IMG/VR virus record: IMGVR_UViG_3300047498_000060
Location: 1 to 45,051 of that record
Direction: 5' to 3' (one strand)
DNA length: 45,051 bases
DNA from: a virus
The first letter of the stretch is position 1. The number at the start of each line of letters is the position of its first letter. A model generated the notes under the pieces. The model searched no databases, was not told the DNA's origin, and worked only from the letters and a program-made list of their open reading frames with translations. This document shows positions 1 through 8,676 of the stretch, piece after piece. The position numbers were made by a program, and so were the translations under genes.

Positions 1-683
1 CCGTTGCGAGTCACCGAATCGGTAGCGGTCGTAAGGATCTCCGCAACGGCCCTCGACAGAACCCCACTATGCGTCACCGAATCGGATGGGGTAGAGAGGA
101 TCTCTGGAATAGCCCGGTAACCGACAAATTGACGGCCAACAGAATCCGTAGGAGTCGCTACAAGTTCCGCAACCACGCGGTAGTCGACAAGCTGCCTAGC
201 GAGTGAGTCAACCGGTACGGTAACGGTCTCGAACAATAGACGCCCATCCGTAGATGCACTCACAACAGAATCGCTAGGTGTCAGTAGCGCCTCCACGCTC
301 GTTCTGCTGAACACGCCTGCACGGGTCAACGCATCCGAAGGCAAAGGCACCGACTCAGGCACGGCACGTGAGCCAGTCGTCACCTTGTCTACGGCGTCGG
401 TAGCCGCGGCAATAGCATCAGCTACCGACCGGTACCCCACCTGCTGCCACTGGGCGGAGTCGACAGGCGTGTCAATCGCCTCACCTAGTAGGCGTTGACT
501 GGCGACGGCCCGTTGGATCGCGTCAGTGATACCCCCAATCGATTCAGTAAGAACCTGCTGCCCGTTGTAGGTGCGTACAACCGAGTCGATCGGATCAGTG
601 ATCGACTCGGCTATAGACGCTACGTTCGCTACGTTCTCGACGTTCTGAACGTAGAGAAGGAGTGAACCAAGACCGCCGGGCAT
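1..683 (-). CDS. Partial (runs off left edge) putative virion protein made of 21-aa tandem repeats
   Basis: Not in ORF track. Manual translation from ATG at 683 (MPGGLGSLLLYVQNVENVANVASIAESITDPIDSVVRTY...) is open to the window edge, with about 10 repeats of xEx4(P/T)xD(S/A)(V/L)xR; follows the GH5 gene. Confidence 0.8.
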   Translation of the reverse strand, partial: MPGGLGSLLLYVQNVENVANVASIAESITDPIDSVVRTYNGQQVLTESIGGITDAIQRAVASQRLLGEAIDTPVDSAQWQQVGYRSVADAIAAATDAVDKVTTGSRAVPESVPLPSDALTRAGVFSRTSVEALLTPSDSVVSASTDGRLLFETVTVPVDSLARQLVDYRVVAELVATPTDSVGRQFVGYRAIPEILSTPSDSVTHSGVLSRAVAEILTTATDSVTRN

Positions 684-697
684 GGCGGGATCCTACG

Positions 698-2485
698 TCA
701 GACCGCGTTGCCAGAGCTATCGATCCATCCGGTGCCGGACGCACCGAGGGCGTAGATGGGCTGGCCCATCGTGCCGAGCGTCGTGTCGACGAACACGGTC
801 CCGTCGAGAACCCCCGTCGGCCTCGTCGAGCCAGAGCCCGGCGTCATGGTGGCCACCGTCGAAGCCAGCGCGGCCACGCTCGACGCGGCACCCGTAGCAG
901 TCGCCTGCGCAGCTGCCGCGTCGGCGTCCGCCGTGGCGGCGTTCGCGAGCGCCGTGTTGGCCGCGCTCTGCGCCGCACCGGCCGCCGTGCCTGCGGCGGT
1001 GGCGGTCGACTGCGCAGTAGCAGCTGCGGTGCCTGCTGCCGAAGCCGCAGCCTGAGCGGTGGCCGCATTCGCGAGCGCAGTGCTGGCCGTGCTCTGGGCG
1101 GCGGCCGCGTTGGTCACTCCGGTGTTCGCAGTGGCTTGAGCGGCGGCGACTGCGGCCATCGCGACAGCGTGGGCGGCCTGCGCGGGGTCCTGCGCAGTTC
1201 CCTGGAAGAACAACTGGGCGAGCGCCATCTGCGGGCTATCGGTAGCGTACGCGTCGGAGCCGTTCCCCTGGCTCGGGCAGAGGGTGAAGTTGGCGCCGGA
1301 GTACCAGGCTTGCGGGCCGAGAGGCCACCACGCCATGCCGATCATCACGTCCTGGTTCGCGTTGATCAGCTGGAGGAGATCCGCGCACGCCGCGGCCGCG
1401 CCCGCCGTGCTGGCCTGGACACCGAACTCGCTGAGGTGGACGCGGATGCCAGCCGAGCGCGCCGCCGTGATGAGCGGCTGGAGGAGGAACGAGGCGATGA
1501 AGGGAGCGCCCGTGACGGCGCCGCCCGTCGACATCGTCCCCGTGCCGCCCGTGCAGCCCGTCAGCACGTTGCCCGAGATGCCGGTGAAGCTAACCGTCTG
1601 GACGCCGGCCGACGTCGTGATGTTCACGCGACCGGAATTCATCCCGAAGTTCGCCGACCACTCGGTCGCGCTCGCCAGCGTGATCGACGCGTGCGGGAGC
1701 GTGATGCCGTTCATGGCCGCCGCCAGCGTGCTCGTCGGTCCGACGTCGGTGCCGGTGCCGCTCTGGTTCTGGTCCAGGTACAGGTGCGCCGAGATGCACC
1801 AATTGTTTGCGCTGTCCGTGATCGCGAGCACGCCCGTCATGTTGCTGATGGGCGAGGCGTTGATGTCGTACCAGCTCGAGAGCCACTGACTCGCGTTGCT
1901 GAACTGCTCGCCCGGTACCATGATCAGCTGCGTCGCGCCGGCTGCTCGGATCGCCGCGATGGCCGCGTTACAGGAGGCGAACCAGGCGCGCACGTCGCCG
2001 CTCCCGGTGGGGCCTCCTTCGCTGGGCTTGCACGGCTCGTTCGAGAGTCCGTACATCACGAGCGAGTTGTTGGCGTACCGCGACGCGATGCGACCCCAGA
2101 AGTCGGCGAAGGCGGTGTTGGGGACCGCGGCGGTTCCGACGGCGTTGCCTCGGTAGCCGGCGAAGTCGGCGGTGATCGCGCCGTGCGGTTCGACCATCAC
2201 GTACATGCCCTTGCCGGTCGCGTACGCGACGAACGCGTCCATCTGCGCCAGGTAGGTCGCGGAGGCCGCGCTGCCCGACCCGAGCGCCGTGTTGAGCGTG
2301 AGCTGTAGCGCCTCCCATGAGACGAGCAGGCGCATGTAGTTCACGCCCTTTGCGTAGGCGTAGTCGATGTCTTCCGTGCTCGGGAACTGGTAGTTCGTCC
2401 CGCTGACCGGCGGGAGAGTGAGGTAGGAAAAGTTCGCCCCGGGCATGTTGACGCCACGGAGCTGCGGGATGTTCGCTGCGATCAT
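698..2485 (-). CDS. Glycoside hydrolase family 5 (cellulase/endoglucanase-like) fused to an Ala-rich coiled coil and a phage fibre-type C-terminus; putative virion depolymerase
   Basis: GH5 motifs LRGVN, RLLVSWE, acid/base SNEP, HLYLD, nucleophile LSEFG, GMAWW; 14-aa Ala-rich repeats; C-terminus RPT..G.VFVDTTLG..PIY...GWIDSSGNAV resembles phage fibre/spike termini. Confidence 0.85.
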   Translation of the reverse strand: MIAANIPQLRGVNMPGANFSYLTLPPVSGTNYQFPSTEDIDYAYAKGVNYMRLLVSWEALQLTLNTALGSGSAASATYLAQMDAFVAYATGKGMYVMVEPHGAITADFAGYRGNAVGTAAVPNTAFADFWGRIASRYANNSLVMYGLSNEPCKPSEGGPTGSGDVRAWFASCNAAIAAIRAAGATQLIMVPGEQFSNASQWLSSWYDINASPISNMTGVLAITDSANNWCISAHLYLDQNQSGTGTDVGPTSTLAAAMNGITLPHASITLASATEWSANFGMNSGRVNITTSAGVQTVSFTGISGNVLTGCTGGTGTMSTGGAVTGAPFIASFLLQPLITAARSAGIRVHLSEFGVQASTAGAAAACADLLQLINANQDVMIGMAWWPLGPQAWYSGANFTLCPSQGNGSDAYATDSPQMALAQLFFQGTAQDPAQAAHAVAMAAVAAAQATANTGVTNAAAAQSTASTALANAATAQAAASAAGTAAATAQSTATAAGTAAGAAQSAANTALANAATADADAAAAQATATGAASSVAALASTVATMTPGSGSTRPTGVLDGTVFVDTTLGTMGQPIYALGASGTGWIDSSGNAV

Positions 2486-2515
2486 TGGGGTTCCCCTCGG
2501 GTGCTTCGTTGAGTA
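2478..2515. repeat. Direct repeat copy 1 (38 bp) containing the SD and start codon of the GH5 gene
   Basis: gcgatcattggggttcccctcgggtgcttcgttgagta; matches 2697-2735 except for one G in a G-run. Confidence 0.95.
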
Positions 2516-2533
2516 TCCTCGTACATTCCCATT

Positions 2534-2704
2534 CTAGCCGCGATCGAATGAGGCGGCGCGAGCGTCACGTTCGCAAGCAGCCATGTATCTCGCCTCGACC
2601 TCGCGTTCGTACTCGTCCATGGCTGACAGAGCGTCGTCGTCAACCCCCATCAAGAAAGTGCCATCTTCAGGAAAGTCGGTCATCACCGGCATCGTGGCGA
2701 TCAT
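2534..2704 (-). CDS. 56-aa acidic hypothetical protein between the direct repeats
   Basis: Manual translation MIATMPVMTDFPEDGTFLMGVDDDALSAMDEYEREVEARYMAACERDARAASFDRG*; SD GAGGGG; ATGA overlap with the upstream stop. Confidence 0.65.
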   Translation of the reverse strand: MIATMPVMTDFPEDGTFLMGVDDDALSAMDEYEREVEARYMAACERDARAASFDRG

Positions 2705-2735
2705 TGGGGGTTCCCCTCGGGTGCTTCGTTGAGTA
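2697..2735. repeat. Direct repeat copy 2 (39 bp)
   Basis: gcgatcattgggggttcccctcgggtgcttcgttgagta. Confidence 0.95.
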
Positions 2736-2994
2736 GCTCGAGCATCGCGTGCCTGATGCCCGTCGTGTCGCCACCACTCTTCTCTGCGGCGCCGAGCGCC
2801 TTCGCGCAGTCGAGCATGGTGGCCTCGCGGACCATCGTCGCCGGGTCGTTGCCGGCGTCGCCCTCGCTCACCCCGAGCGGGTGGTGCGGCTGGTGGATGA
2901 CCGCGAGGCCGTCTGCCGTCGCGCCGTGGTAGCGGTACACGTGCCCACTGAAGTGCAGGTAGAGCGAGCCGACCTTCAGATCTTCGAGCTTCAT
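2701..2994 (-). CDS. Hypothetical protein (N-terminus weakly DUF1653/SH3-like)
   Basis: ORF coupled by ATGA overlaps at both ends; KVGSLYLHFSGHVYRY. Confidence 0.7.
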   Translation of the reverse strand: MKLEDLKVGSLYLHFSGHVYRYHGATADGLAVIHQPHHPLGVSEGDAGNDPATMVREATMLDCAKALGAAEKSGGDTTGIRHAMLELLNEAPEGNPQ

Positions 2995-5387
2995 TCGAGC
3001 ACCCCTGGGAGCTTCATCATGCCGCGCACCGTGCCGGTCGCCGCGCCCGACAGGACCTTGACCGCGACGACCGCGAACTGCCCGTAGGGCACTACCAGGA
3101 GCGGCGCCTGCGAGGCGTAGATGTACGGCCCGCCCGTAAAGAGCGTGCCCACCGCCGCCAACGCGGGGGCCGTGAAGAAGCCGAAGAAGACCTCCTCGTA
3201 GATCGTCGCGGTGCCGAGGTTTGTCCCGCTCGTCCTCAGCAGGTAGACCCCGAGCACCGTCGCCGTCCCGCCCAGCGCCACCGACACGAACGGAGCGGGG
3301 AGGAACGCGTCGCTCACGTTGAGCGTGTACCCGAGCGGCGGCGCCTTCGCGAAGAGCGGGTACGCCTGCTCGGCGCCGACCACCATCGCGAACGCGTACT
3401 CTCCGTCAAGGGTGGAGTAGACCGGCGTCGCCGCAGAGAGCGCGTTCGCCGTGGACGGCGCGGTGTTGACCGCAAAGTTCGAGGTCGACGCCTGGGCGAC
3501 GACGTCCCAGCCCGCGCTCTTGCCGGCGCCCGCGAGCTGCTGGATCCAGGTCTTGTTGAGCAACCACTCCGTCTGGAAGACGGCGAGCTGCGCGATCTTC
3601 ATCTGCGGTGCCGCGCCCGCGACGCCGCTCGTGTAGACGCGGGCGAACACCGGGGCGTGGGTGACGTTGGTGGAGCCCATGAGCGGGCTGCCGATCGGGA
3701 GCTGGATCTGCGTATCTAGGAGCGGAGCCGCCGACGCGTCCGCGCTCGACATGATCTGGATCCGCGCCTGCCCGTCCTCGATCCACAGGTTGATCAGGTA
3801 GTAGGTCGTCGTGACGAGCGTGGCGGTCGTGCCGCCCGTGGTCTCGGTGCCGTTGTACTGCACGACGATCTTGCCGACCGCGCTCACGCTAACACGGAGG
3901 TAGGCGGGGGCGTTTGCCGGGACGGCCGTGGTCGTTGCTGGTGCGCCGAAGCCGATCTCGCAGAACGCGTTCGTGGTCTGCGAGATGAGCACCTTCGCCT
4001 GGAGGAAGAGCGGCGCCTGGTTGCGACCGAAGGCGAACTGCTTCTGCGACGTGAGGATCGCGTAGTTGCCGGACGCGGTCGCGCTCGCCGCGTTGAGCGT
4101 GATCAGCCCCGACGCCTGTGTGATCGTCATCCCGCTGACCGCCGTGGTCCAGCGCGACGGGTCGACGACGGAGGGGCCGACGTCGACCGACTCGTCGAAC
4201 AAGATCGTCTTGTTCGGGAGGATCAGGCTCCCCATGCGGTGCGCGCGGAGGATGCGGCCCTGCCCGGCGCTCTGCCCCATCACCGCGAGACCGTCCGCGG
4301 TGCCGGGAGTCAGCGCGGCCCGGTCCGCCTGCACGCCCGTCGCGAGGGCGAAGAACTGCACGCCGGTCGACGAGCCGAGGATCTTCCGCACGTTCGATCC
4401 ATCGGAGAGACCCATCTGGACCGGGCTAGACGTGCCGATCGCCGAGCCTGCCGCAACCGGGCCGACGATGATTGTGTTGTTGGACCCGTCAGAGTTGAGG
4501 TAGGCGTCCTTGGTGTTCGTCCAGAGGTCGACGCCGCCGAACGACGGGGAGGTGCCGGTGATCGTCCACGTGACGAGGAGCGCGCCGGTCTGAGAGAGGA
4601 CCTGCGCGTATTGCGTGTGGTTGGTCGACGTGAACGGCCCCATCGTGGCCGAGTTGCCCGGAGCGGTCATCAGCGTCACGCCGTCGACCGCGTCGACCTC
4701 GGCGATCGTCAGCGTGAGCGACGGGGTGGTGCCCGACACCGTGCCGTTGATCGTGAAGCCGAGGAGGCAGATGTCTCGGCCGACGTTCGGGATCAGAAAG
4801 GTGCCGGTCGCGGTGAGCGTCGCCCGGTTCTGAATGATCGTGATGTCGGCGCCGGGGTTCGTCTTGCCGAGAACGTTCGTCCCCGCGGGCAGAGGGCTCG
4901 ACGGGTGAAGCCCCACAGGAACGGAAACCTCTGCGGCTGTTGTCGCTGTCGACGCTGCTGTGAGTAGAAGAGCGCGCGTGCCGTCGGAGATGCTCGCCGG
5001 CATCGGATTGGCCGCAGTAAGCGGAGCTCCTGGTGCGTTCGCAGCCCCTGTGTAGATCTTGCTCGCGGGCATCTTCAGGGGTGCGTTCGTGACCGCACCT
5101 CCGAGCGACATAAGTCCCGTACCACCAGAGCAGCCACTGAAGACTGCGCCCGCAACCGACGTGTACGTGACCGTCTGTACGCCAGCGCCCGTCGTGACGT
5201 AGATCGTCCCCGAAGGGGGCACATTCGCCGCGACTGGAAGACTTACCGTGATCGACGCCTGCGGGAGCGACAGCCCTGCAGATGCCGCCGCTATCGTGGG
5301 CGCAATGCCCTGTGCCGCAAGCGAGATATCTTCGTCGAAGACGACATCCCCGCCCACGCCAGGGTTGAGCAGTGTGCCGTCAGCCAT
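2991..5387 (-). CDS. Putative tail fibre / receptor-binding virion protein (798 aa)
   Basis: Thr/Ala/Gly-rich beta-type composition; N-terminus MADGTLLNPGVGGD...AANPMP typical of phage fibre proteins; located in the structural cluster. Confidence 0.65.
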   Translation of the reverse strand: MADGTLLNPGVGGDVVFDEDISLAAQGIAPTIAAASAGLSLPQASITVSLPVAANVPPSGTIYVTTGAGVQTVTYTSVAGAVFSGCSGGTGLMSLGGAVTNAPLKMPASKIYTGAANAPGAPLTAANPMPASISDGTRALLLTAASTATTAAEVSVPVGLHPSSPLPAGTNVLGKTNPGADITIIQNRATLTATGTFLIPNVGRDICLLGFTINGTVSGTTPSLTLTIAEVDAVDGVTLMTAPGNSATMGPFTSTNHTQYAQVLSQTGALLVTWTITGTSPSFGGVDLWTNTKDAYLNSDGSNNTIIVGPVAAGSAIGTSSPVQMGLSDGSNVRKILGSSTGVQFFALATGVQADRAALTPGTADGLAVMGQSAGQGRILRAHRMGSLILPNKTILFDESVDVGPSVVDPSRWTTAVSGMTITQASGLITLNAASATASGNYAILTSQKQFAFGRNQAPLFLQAKVLISQTTNAFCEIGFGAPATTTAVPANAPAYLRVSVSAVGKIVVQYNGTETTGGTTATLVTTTYYLINLWIEDGQARIQIMSSADASAAPLLDTQIQLPIGSPLMGSTNVTHAPVFARVYTSGVAGAAPQMKIAQLAVFQTEWLLNKTWIQQLAGAGKSAGWDVVAQASTSNFAVNTAPSTANALSAATPVYSTLDGEYAFAMVVGAEQAYPLFAKAPPLGYTLNVSDAFLPAPFVSVALGGTATVLGVYLLRTSGTNLGTATIYEEVFFGFFTAPALAAVGTLFTGGPYIYASQAPLLVVPYGQFAVVAVKVLSGAATGTVRGMMKLPGVLE

Positions 5388-5390
5388 GAC

Positions 5391-5489
5391 TCAATGTACC
5401 GCCTTTCTCTTACCGGCGGAAACCTTCGCTGCCCAGGCTGCGCGAACAGCCTCGGTTCGGGCAGATGCGGATGATGTTGCCCGGGTCAT
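5391..5489 (-). CDS. 32-aa basic micro-protein
   Basis: GGGAGG SD 5 nt before ATG; MTRATSSASARTEAVRAAWAAKVSAGKRKAVH*; fills the intergenic gap. Confidence 0.45.
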   Translation of the reverse strand: MTRATSSASARTEAVRAAWAAKVSAGKRKAVH

Positions 5490-5529
5490 CCGTACCTCCC
5501 TTCAAAGAAGGGTGTTGGCGTTTTGGGGC

Positions 5530-6399
5530 CTAGATCGTTACGGTCACGGTATTCTGTAGCGTATCTCCGCTCACCAACGTCGGAGGGCTAGGCTCCGCAG
5601 ACTCGAAGGGGAAAACACCTCCGTAGTTCGGAGAGCCGAGGATGGTCGCAGCTCCGGACTGCCCCTCGTTGTTGATGGTCTGTGTCGCGGTTGCCGTCCA
5701 GAGGTGAACCAGCGTGTAGGTCGAAGCCGCTGCTGTGTGGGCGTACGTCCCAACTGCGCGAGCAAAGCCTCCCGTCGTGAGCTCCGCTCCCTGGGTGTTG
5801 AGCGAGTTGTCCGCCGTCGAGGGCGTGAACACCGAGGCAGACAAGCACATCCATGCCGCGGGGTTCTGGCCCGGGAGGATGATGTACGGCGCCGTTGCAG
5901 CAGGCGTCGTGCCCGCCGCGCCAGCAGAGCTCGCCCCGTTGTACCACTGGTCGACTGTGAGCACGGTCGATGTGTTCGACGTGATGACGCCGTACACCAT
6001 GACGGTCGTCGAGATCCAACAGACAACAAGCTGTCCTGCGAGACCCTGCCCTACCGTCGGAAAGGCCGCGCCGGCGTTCGTAAGCGAGGTGGCTGATGCG
6101 GCCGTCGCTGCGCCCACCGCCGTGGCAAACGCGAAGGCCGGGCCCATTCCCATCGCCTTGGCGAGCCAATCAAAGGCGTTGGTGTACCCAACTGCCGTAG
6201 TTGTGGTGAGATTGTGGCGCCAGCCCGAAGAGCTCTTGCGCGTTTTCCCATTTCGACCCGGCGAGACGCTGGTGAGCCAGTGCGAGTGCTTGTCCGAGTG
6301 CTTGACCGCCCTCGAGGCCGCGCGAATGGCAGCAGAGACCGAGCGTGGTGCGCGTGCCGAAGAACGACCAGCTGCGGACTTGACGAGATGCTTTCTCAC
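5530..6399 (-). CDS. Putative virion/tail structural protein
   Basis: Probable GTG start at 6399 (GTGA overlap); motifs HNLTTT, ELTTGGFARA and C-terminal LVSGDTLQNTVTVTI are typical of phage tail-associated proteins. Confidence 0.65.
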   Translation of the reverse strand: MRKHLVKSAAGRSSARAPRSVSAAIRAASRAVKHSDKHSHWLTSVSPGRNGKTRKSSSGWRHNLTTTTAVGYTNAFDWLAKAMGMGPAFAFATAVGAATAASATSLTNAGAAFPTVGQGLAGQLVVCWISTTVMVYGVITSNTSTVLTVDQWYNGASSAGAAGTTPAATAPYIILPGQNPAAWMCLSASVFTPSTADNSLNTQGAELTTGGFARAVGTYAHTAAASTYTLVHLWTATATQTINNEGQSGAATILGSPNYGGVFPFESAEPSPPTLVSGDTLQNTVTVTI

Positions 6400-7055
6400 G
6401 GCGACACCGCCTTCACCTTGAAGTGCTTGGAGAGATGGGCGATGTGGTCCTTCACCGTCGAGGGCTGAAGATAGGCCGCGACGTGCGCCTCGACTTCGGA
6501 CGGGTCGATGTTGGGAACGTCGACTGTCTCGGTGCCCTCGTGGTGCCCGCAGATCGCGCACTGCGGGGCGACCTTGAGGACCTTGGCATCCAGCCCCTCG
6601 CCAACGCGGAACTCGTCCGAGTAGGCGTGAGTGCTGGCCGTCTTGCACGCTTCTACGCGCGCGGTCTCTGAGACGGTATGGGGCGCGAGCATCGCGCGGA
6701 TCATGCTCTCGTCCGGGCCGTCGTCGTGCACCTCAAAGCCCTGAATCCAGGTGCGGTGTGCCTGATGAGGCATCACGTTCTCGCTCAGATAGAACGCGAC
6801 CGCCTCGGTGCGAGTCAGCGTACGACCACCCTCGGGACGGCACTTCTCGTGGATGATCTTCGCGATGACCTGTTCCTCGGGGAGCTGGACCGTGGTGACA
6901 GTCCCGCCCCGGGGTGCCTTGGTCACCTTCATCAAGTAGCCGCCAACGGCGTTGGGCTTCACCCTCTCCGCGGCAATGTCTTGAGGCGTCACCGGGGTGC
7001 CGACCGGTACGGGTTCCCAGTCGTAGAACTTGCTGATCTTCACCGCGATGTGCAT
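6396..7055 (-). CDS. Hypothetical protein (one CxxC)
   Basis: 219-aa ORF with GAGAGG SD, coupled to the downstream gene. Confidence 0.7.
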   Translation of the reverse strand: MHIAVKISKFYDWEPVPVGTPVTPQDIAAERVKPNAVGGYLMKVTKAPRGGTVTTVQLPEEQVIAKIIHEKCRPEGGRTLTRTEAVAFYLSENVMPHQAHRTWIQGFEVHDDGPDESMIRAMLAPHTVSETARVEACKTASTHAYSDEFRVGEGLDAKVLKVAPQCAICGHHEGTETVDVPNIDPSEVEAHVAAYLQPSTVKDHIAHLSKHFKVKAVSP

Positions 7056-7112
7056 GCGCTTGCCTCTCGTGCTGAGCTTACCGCGCAGCGCGCAAGTAAG
7101 GGAACCGGCTCA

Positions 7113-7871
7113 CTAGGGGTGCCAGTGCTGGAGAAGGTACGTGGCCGCAGCGCCGAGCAGACCCAGGACGCCAACCGTGGTGCCGATGATGAACGTCCAC
7201 TTCTTGCGGAACGCATCTGCTTCCGCCAGCTCGTCGTCACGCTCTTGACGCTGCTGCAGGAGCAGGTCGCCGCGCGCACGCTCTGCTGCTTCACGCTCGG
7301 AAGCAATACGCTGGCTCTCTTCGATCTGTTTCTTCAAGGTCTCGATGACCTCGAGCGGCACCGTAAAGTTGGAGCCCGTCGGGCTCCGGTTCTCCGGCAC
7401 CACCACCGGAGGAGCGGGAGGGGGCACGGAGAGGATCACCGGTGCAGGCACGGCCTTGAGTGTCCCAGAGACTGTTCTCTTGGCCTTCACGTAGAGCGCC
7501 GGGTTGTCCTCGAGCATCTGCTGGACGAACTTCCGCGTCGTGATGGCCTCTTGCTTTGCCGCGCTCGCCTCACCGAACGCCTTGCCGGCCATCTCGAAGG
7601 CCTCGGCTGACGCGTTCGCGGAGCGATGCGAGTGCACCGCGGACATCCGGGCATACCACGCCGGGTCTTTGCCCGGAGGGATGGCATCCATTGCGCGCTT
7701 CAAGGACTCGTCCATGGCCTCGGCTCGCTCATCAATGACAGTTCGACGCGTCGGGACTTCCGTCGCCCCCAAGGGCGGAGGGCGCAGAGGAGTTATGGTC
7801 GGCACGGGGGCTCCCTCGGCAGCAGGAACATGGCCTGGAGGTGACACGCGAAACTCGGCGGGGTCGTGCAT
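7113..7871 (-). CDS. Hypothetical protein with coiled coil and C-terminal transmembrane helix
   Basis: GGAGG SD; KKWTFIIGTTVGVLGLLGAAATYLL hydrophobic tail preceded by an E/R/Q-rich helix. Confidence 0.75.
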   Translation of the reverse strand: MHDPAEFRVSPPGHVPAAEGAPVPTITPLRPPPLGATEVPTRRTVIDERAEAMDESLKRAMDAIPPGKDPAWYARMSAVHSHRSANASAEAFEMAGKAFGEASAAKQEAITTRKFVQQMLEDNPALYVKAKRTVSGTLKAVPAPVILSVPPPAPPVVVPENRSPTGSNFTVPLEVIETLKKQIEESQRIASEREAAERARGDLLLQQRQERDDELAEADAFRKKWTFIIGTTVGVLGLLGAAATYLLQHWHP

Positions 7872-7929
7872 GAAGCCTCCAGCTCCCCACTAGGCTACCA
7901 CGTGGGTCAATGTTCCCGTCAAATCCACC

Positions 7930-8676
7930 TCAAAAGCCGCCGATCGAAGCTAGGTACGCTTCCAGTCCCGAAGGAGCCAACACGGAGGGGTAGACGACGA
8001 GGAACTGAAGTCGGATGATCGAGTTCTGTCCCCCCAGGTAGATCGCACTCGTGACATCGTCGATTGGGCCACCCGATGTGACCAACGTGGCCGCCACCCC
8101 GTCAAGGGACACCTGCGAATGGCCGGCTCCAGCATCGAACGAGGCGACGAGGTAGTGAGGGGCTGACGCGCTGCCGGGCGCCCCGGTCTGTTGGTTGTAA
8201 TAGTAGCCGTGGGCCCCGCCGTAAATGTAGTGGCCGGCCATGACCTTCGTGGGGTCAGTCGAGTTGAGCGCGGTCGTCACGCCCCAATACTGGAATCCGG
8301 GGGCGTCGCTGATCAGCTCGGGCGAGCTGGCGGTCAGGGAGGCTTGCTGGTGCGAGCCGTCATACTGGAAGACCGCGCCGACCGTGTAGGCCGAGTTGAG
8401 GATGATCGTGCTGATGGGCGTCCCGGCTAGCGTCGTCATCGGGGACGCCGAGAGTGCAAGCGCCGCGTTCCCGTTGATCGTTCCCATCGACGCGCCTGAA
8501 CCGTTCGTGAACACGAGCGAATGAGGCCCCTGGTCGTGCCACGTTGCGGCTCCACCGACGACTGTCAGCCCGGTGTCCGCTGAGAGCAGCAGCGAGTAAC
8601 CGCCAGGAAGAGTAGGCGTAGGAGAGGTAGAACCCCCTACCGTCGCAAAGCCACCAAGCCAGGAAGGAGGACTCAC
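7930..8676 (-). CDS. Putative LamG/ConA-like beta-sandwich tail-associated protein
   Basis: GTG start at 8676 (GTGA overlap); WHDQG...INGNAAL and YLVASFD...VSLDG...IYLGG pattern. Confidence 0.55.
   Translation of the reverse strand: MSPPSWLGGFATVGGSTSPTPTLPGGYSLLLSADTGLTVVGGAATWHDQGPHSLVFTNGSGASMGTINGNAALALSASPMTTLAGTPISTIILNSAYTVGAVFQYDGSHQQASLTASSPELISDAPGFQYWGVTTALNSTDPTKVMAGHYIYGGAHGYYYNQQTGAPGSASAPHYLVASFDAGAGHSQVSLDGVAATLVTSGGPIDDVTSAIYLGGQNSIIRLQFLVVYPSVLAPSGLEAYLASIGGF

Noticed and set aside
662-2308. Long plus-strand ORFs (662-2308, 13776-14726, 26024-27214, 40704-42449 and others)
   Set aside because: Arg/Gly-rich antisense shadows of well-supported minus-strand genes, expected in high-GC DNA
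2478-2735. Direct repeats as a CRISPR mini-array or att sites
   Set aside because: Only two copies, ~180-bp spacing, they contain an SD and start codon, and no cas or integrase gene is in the window
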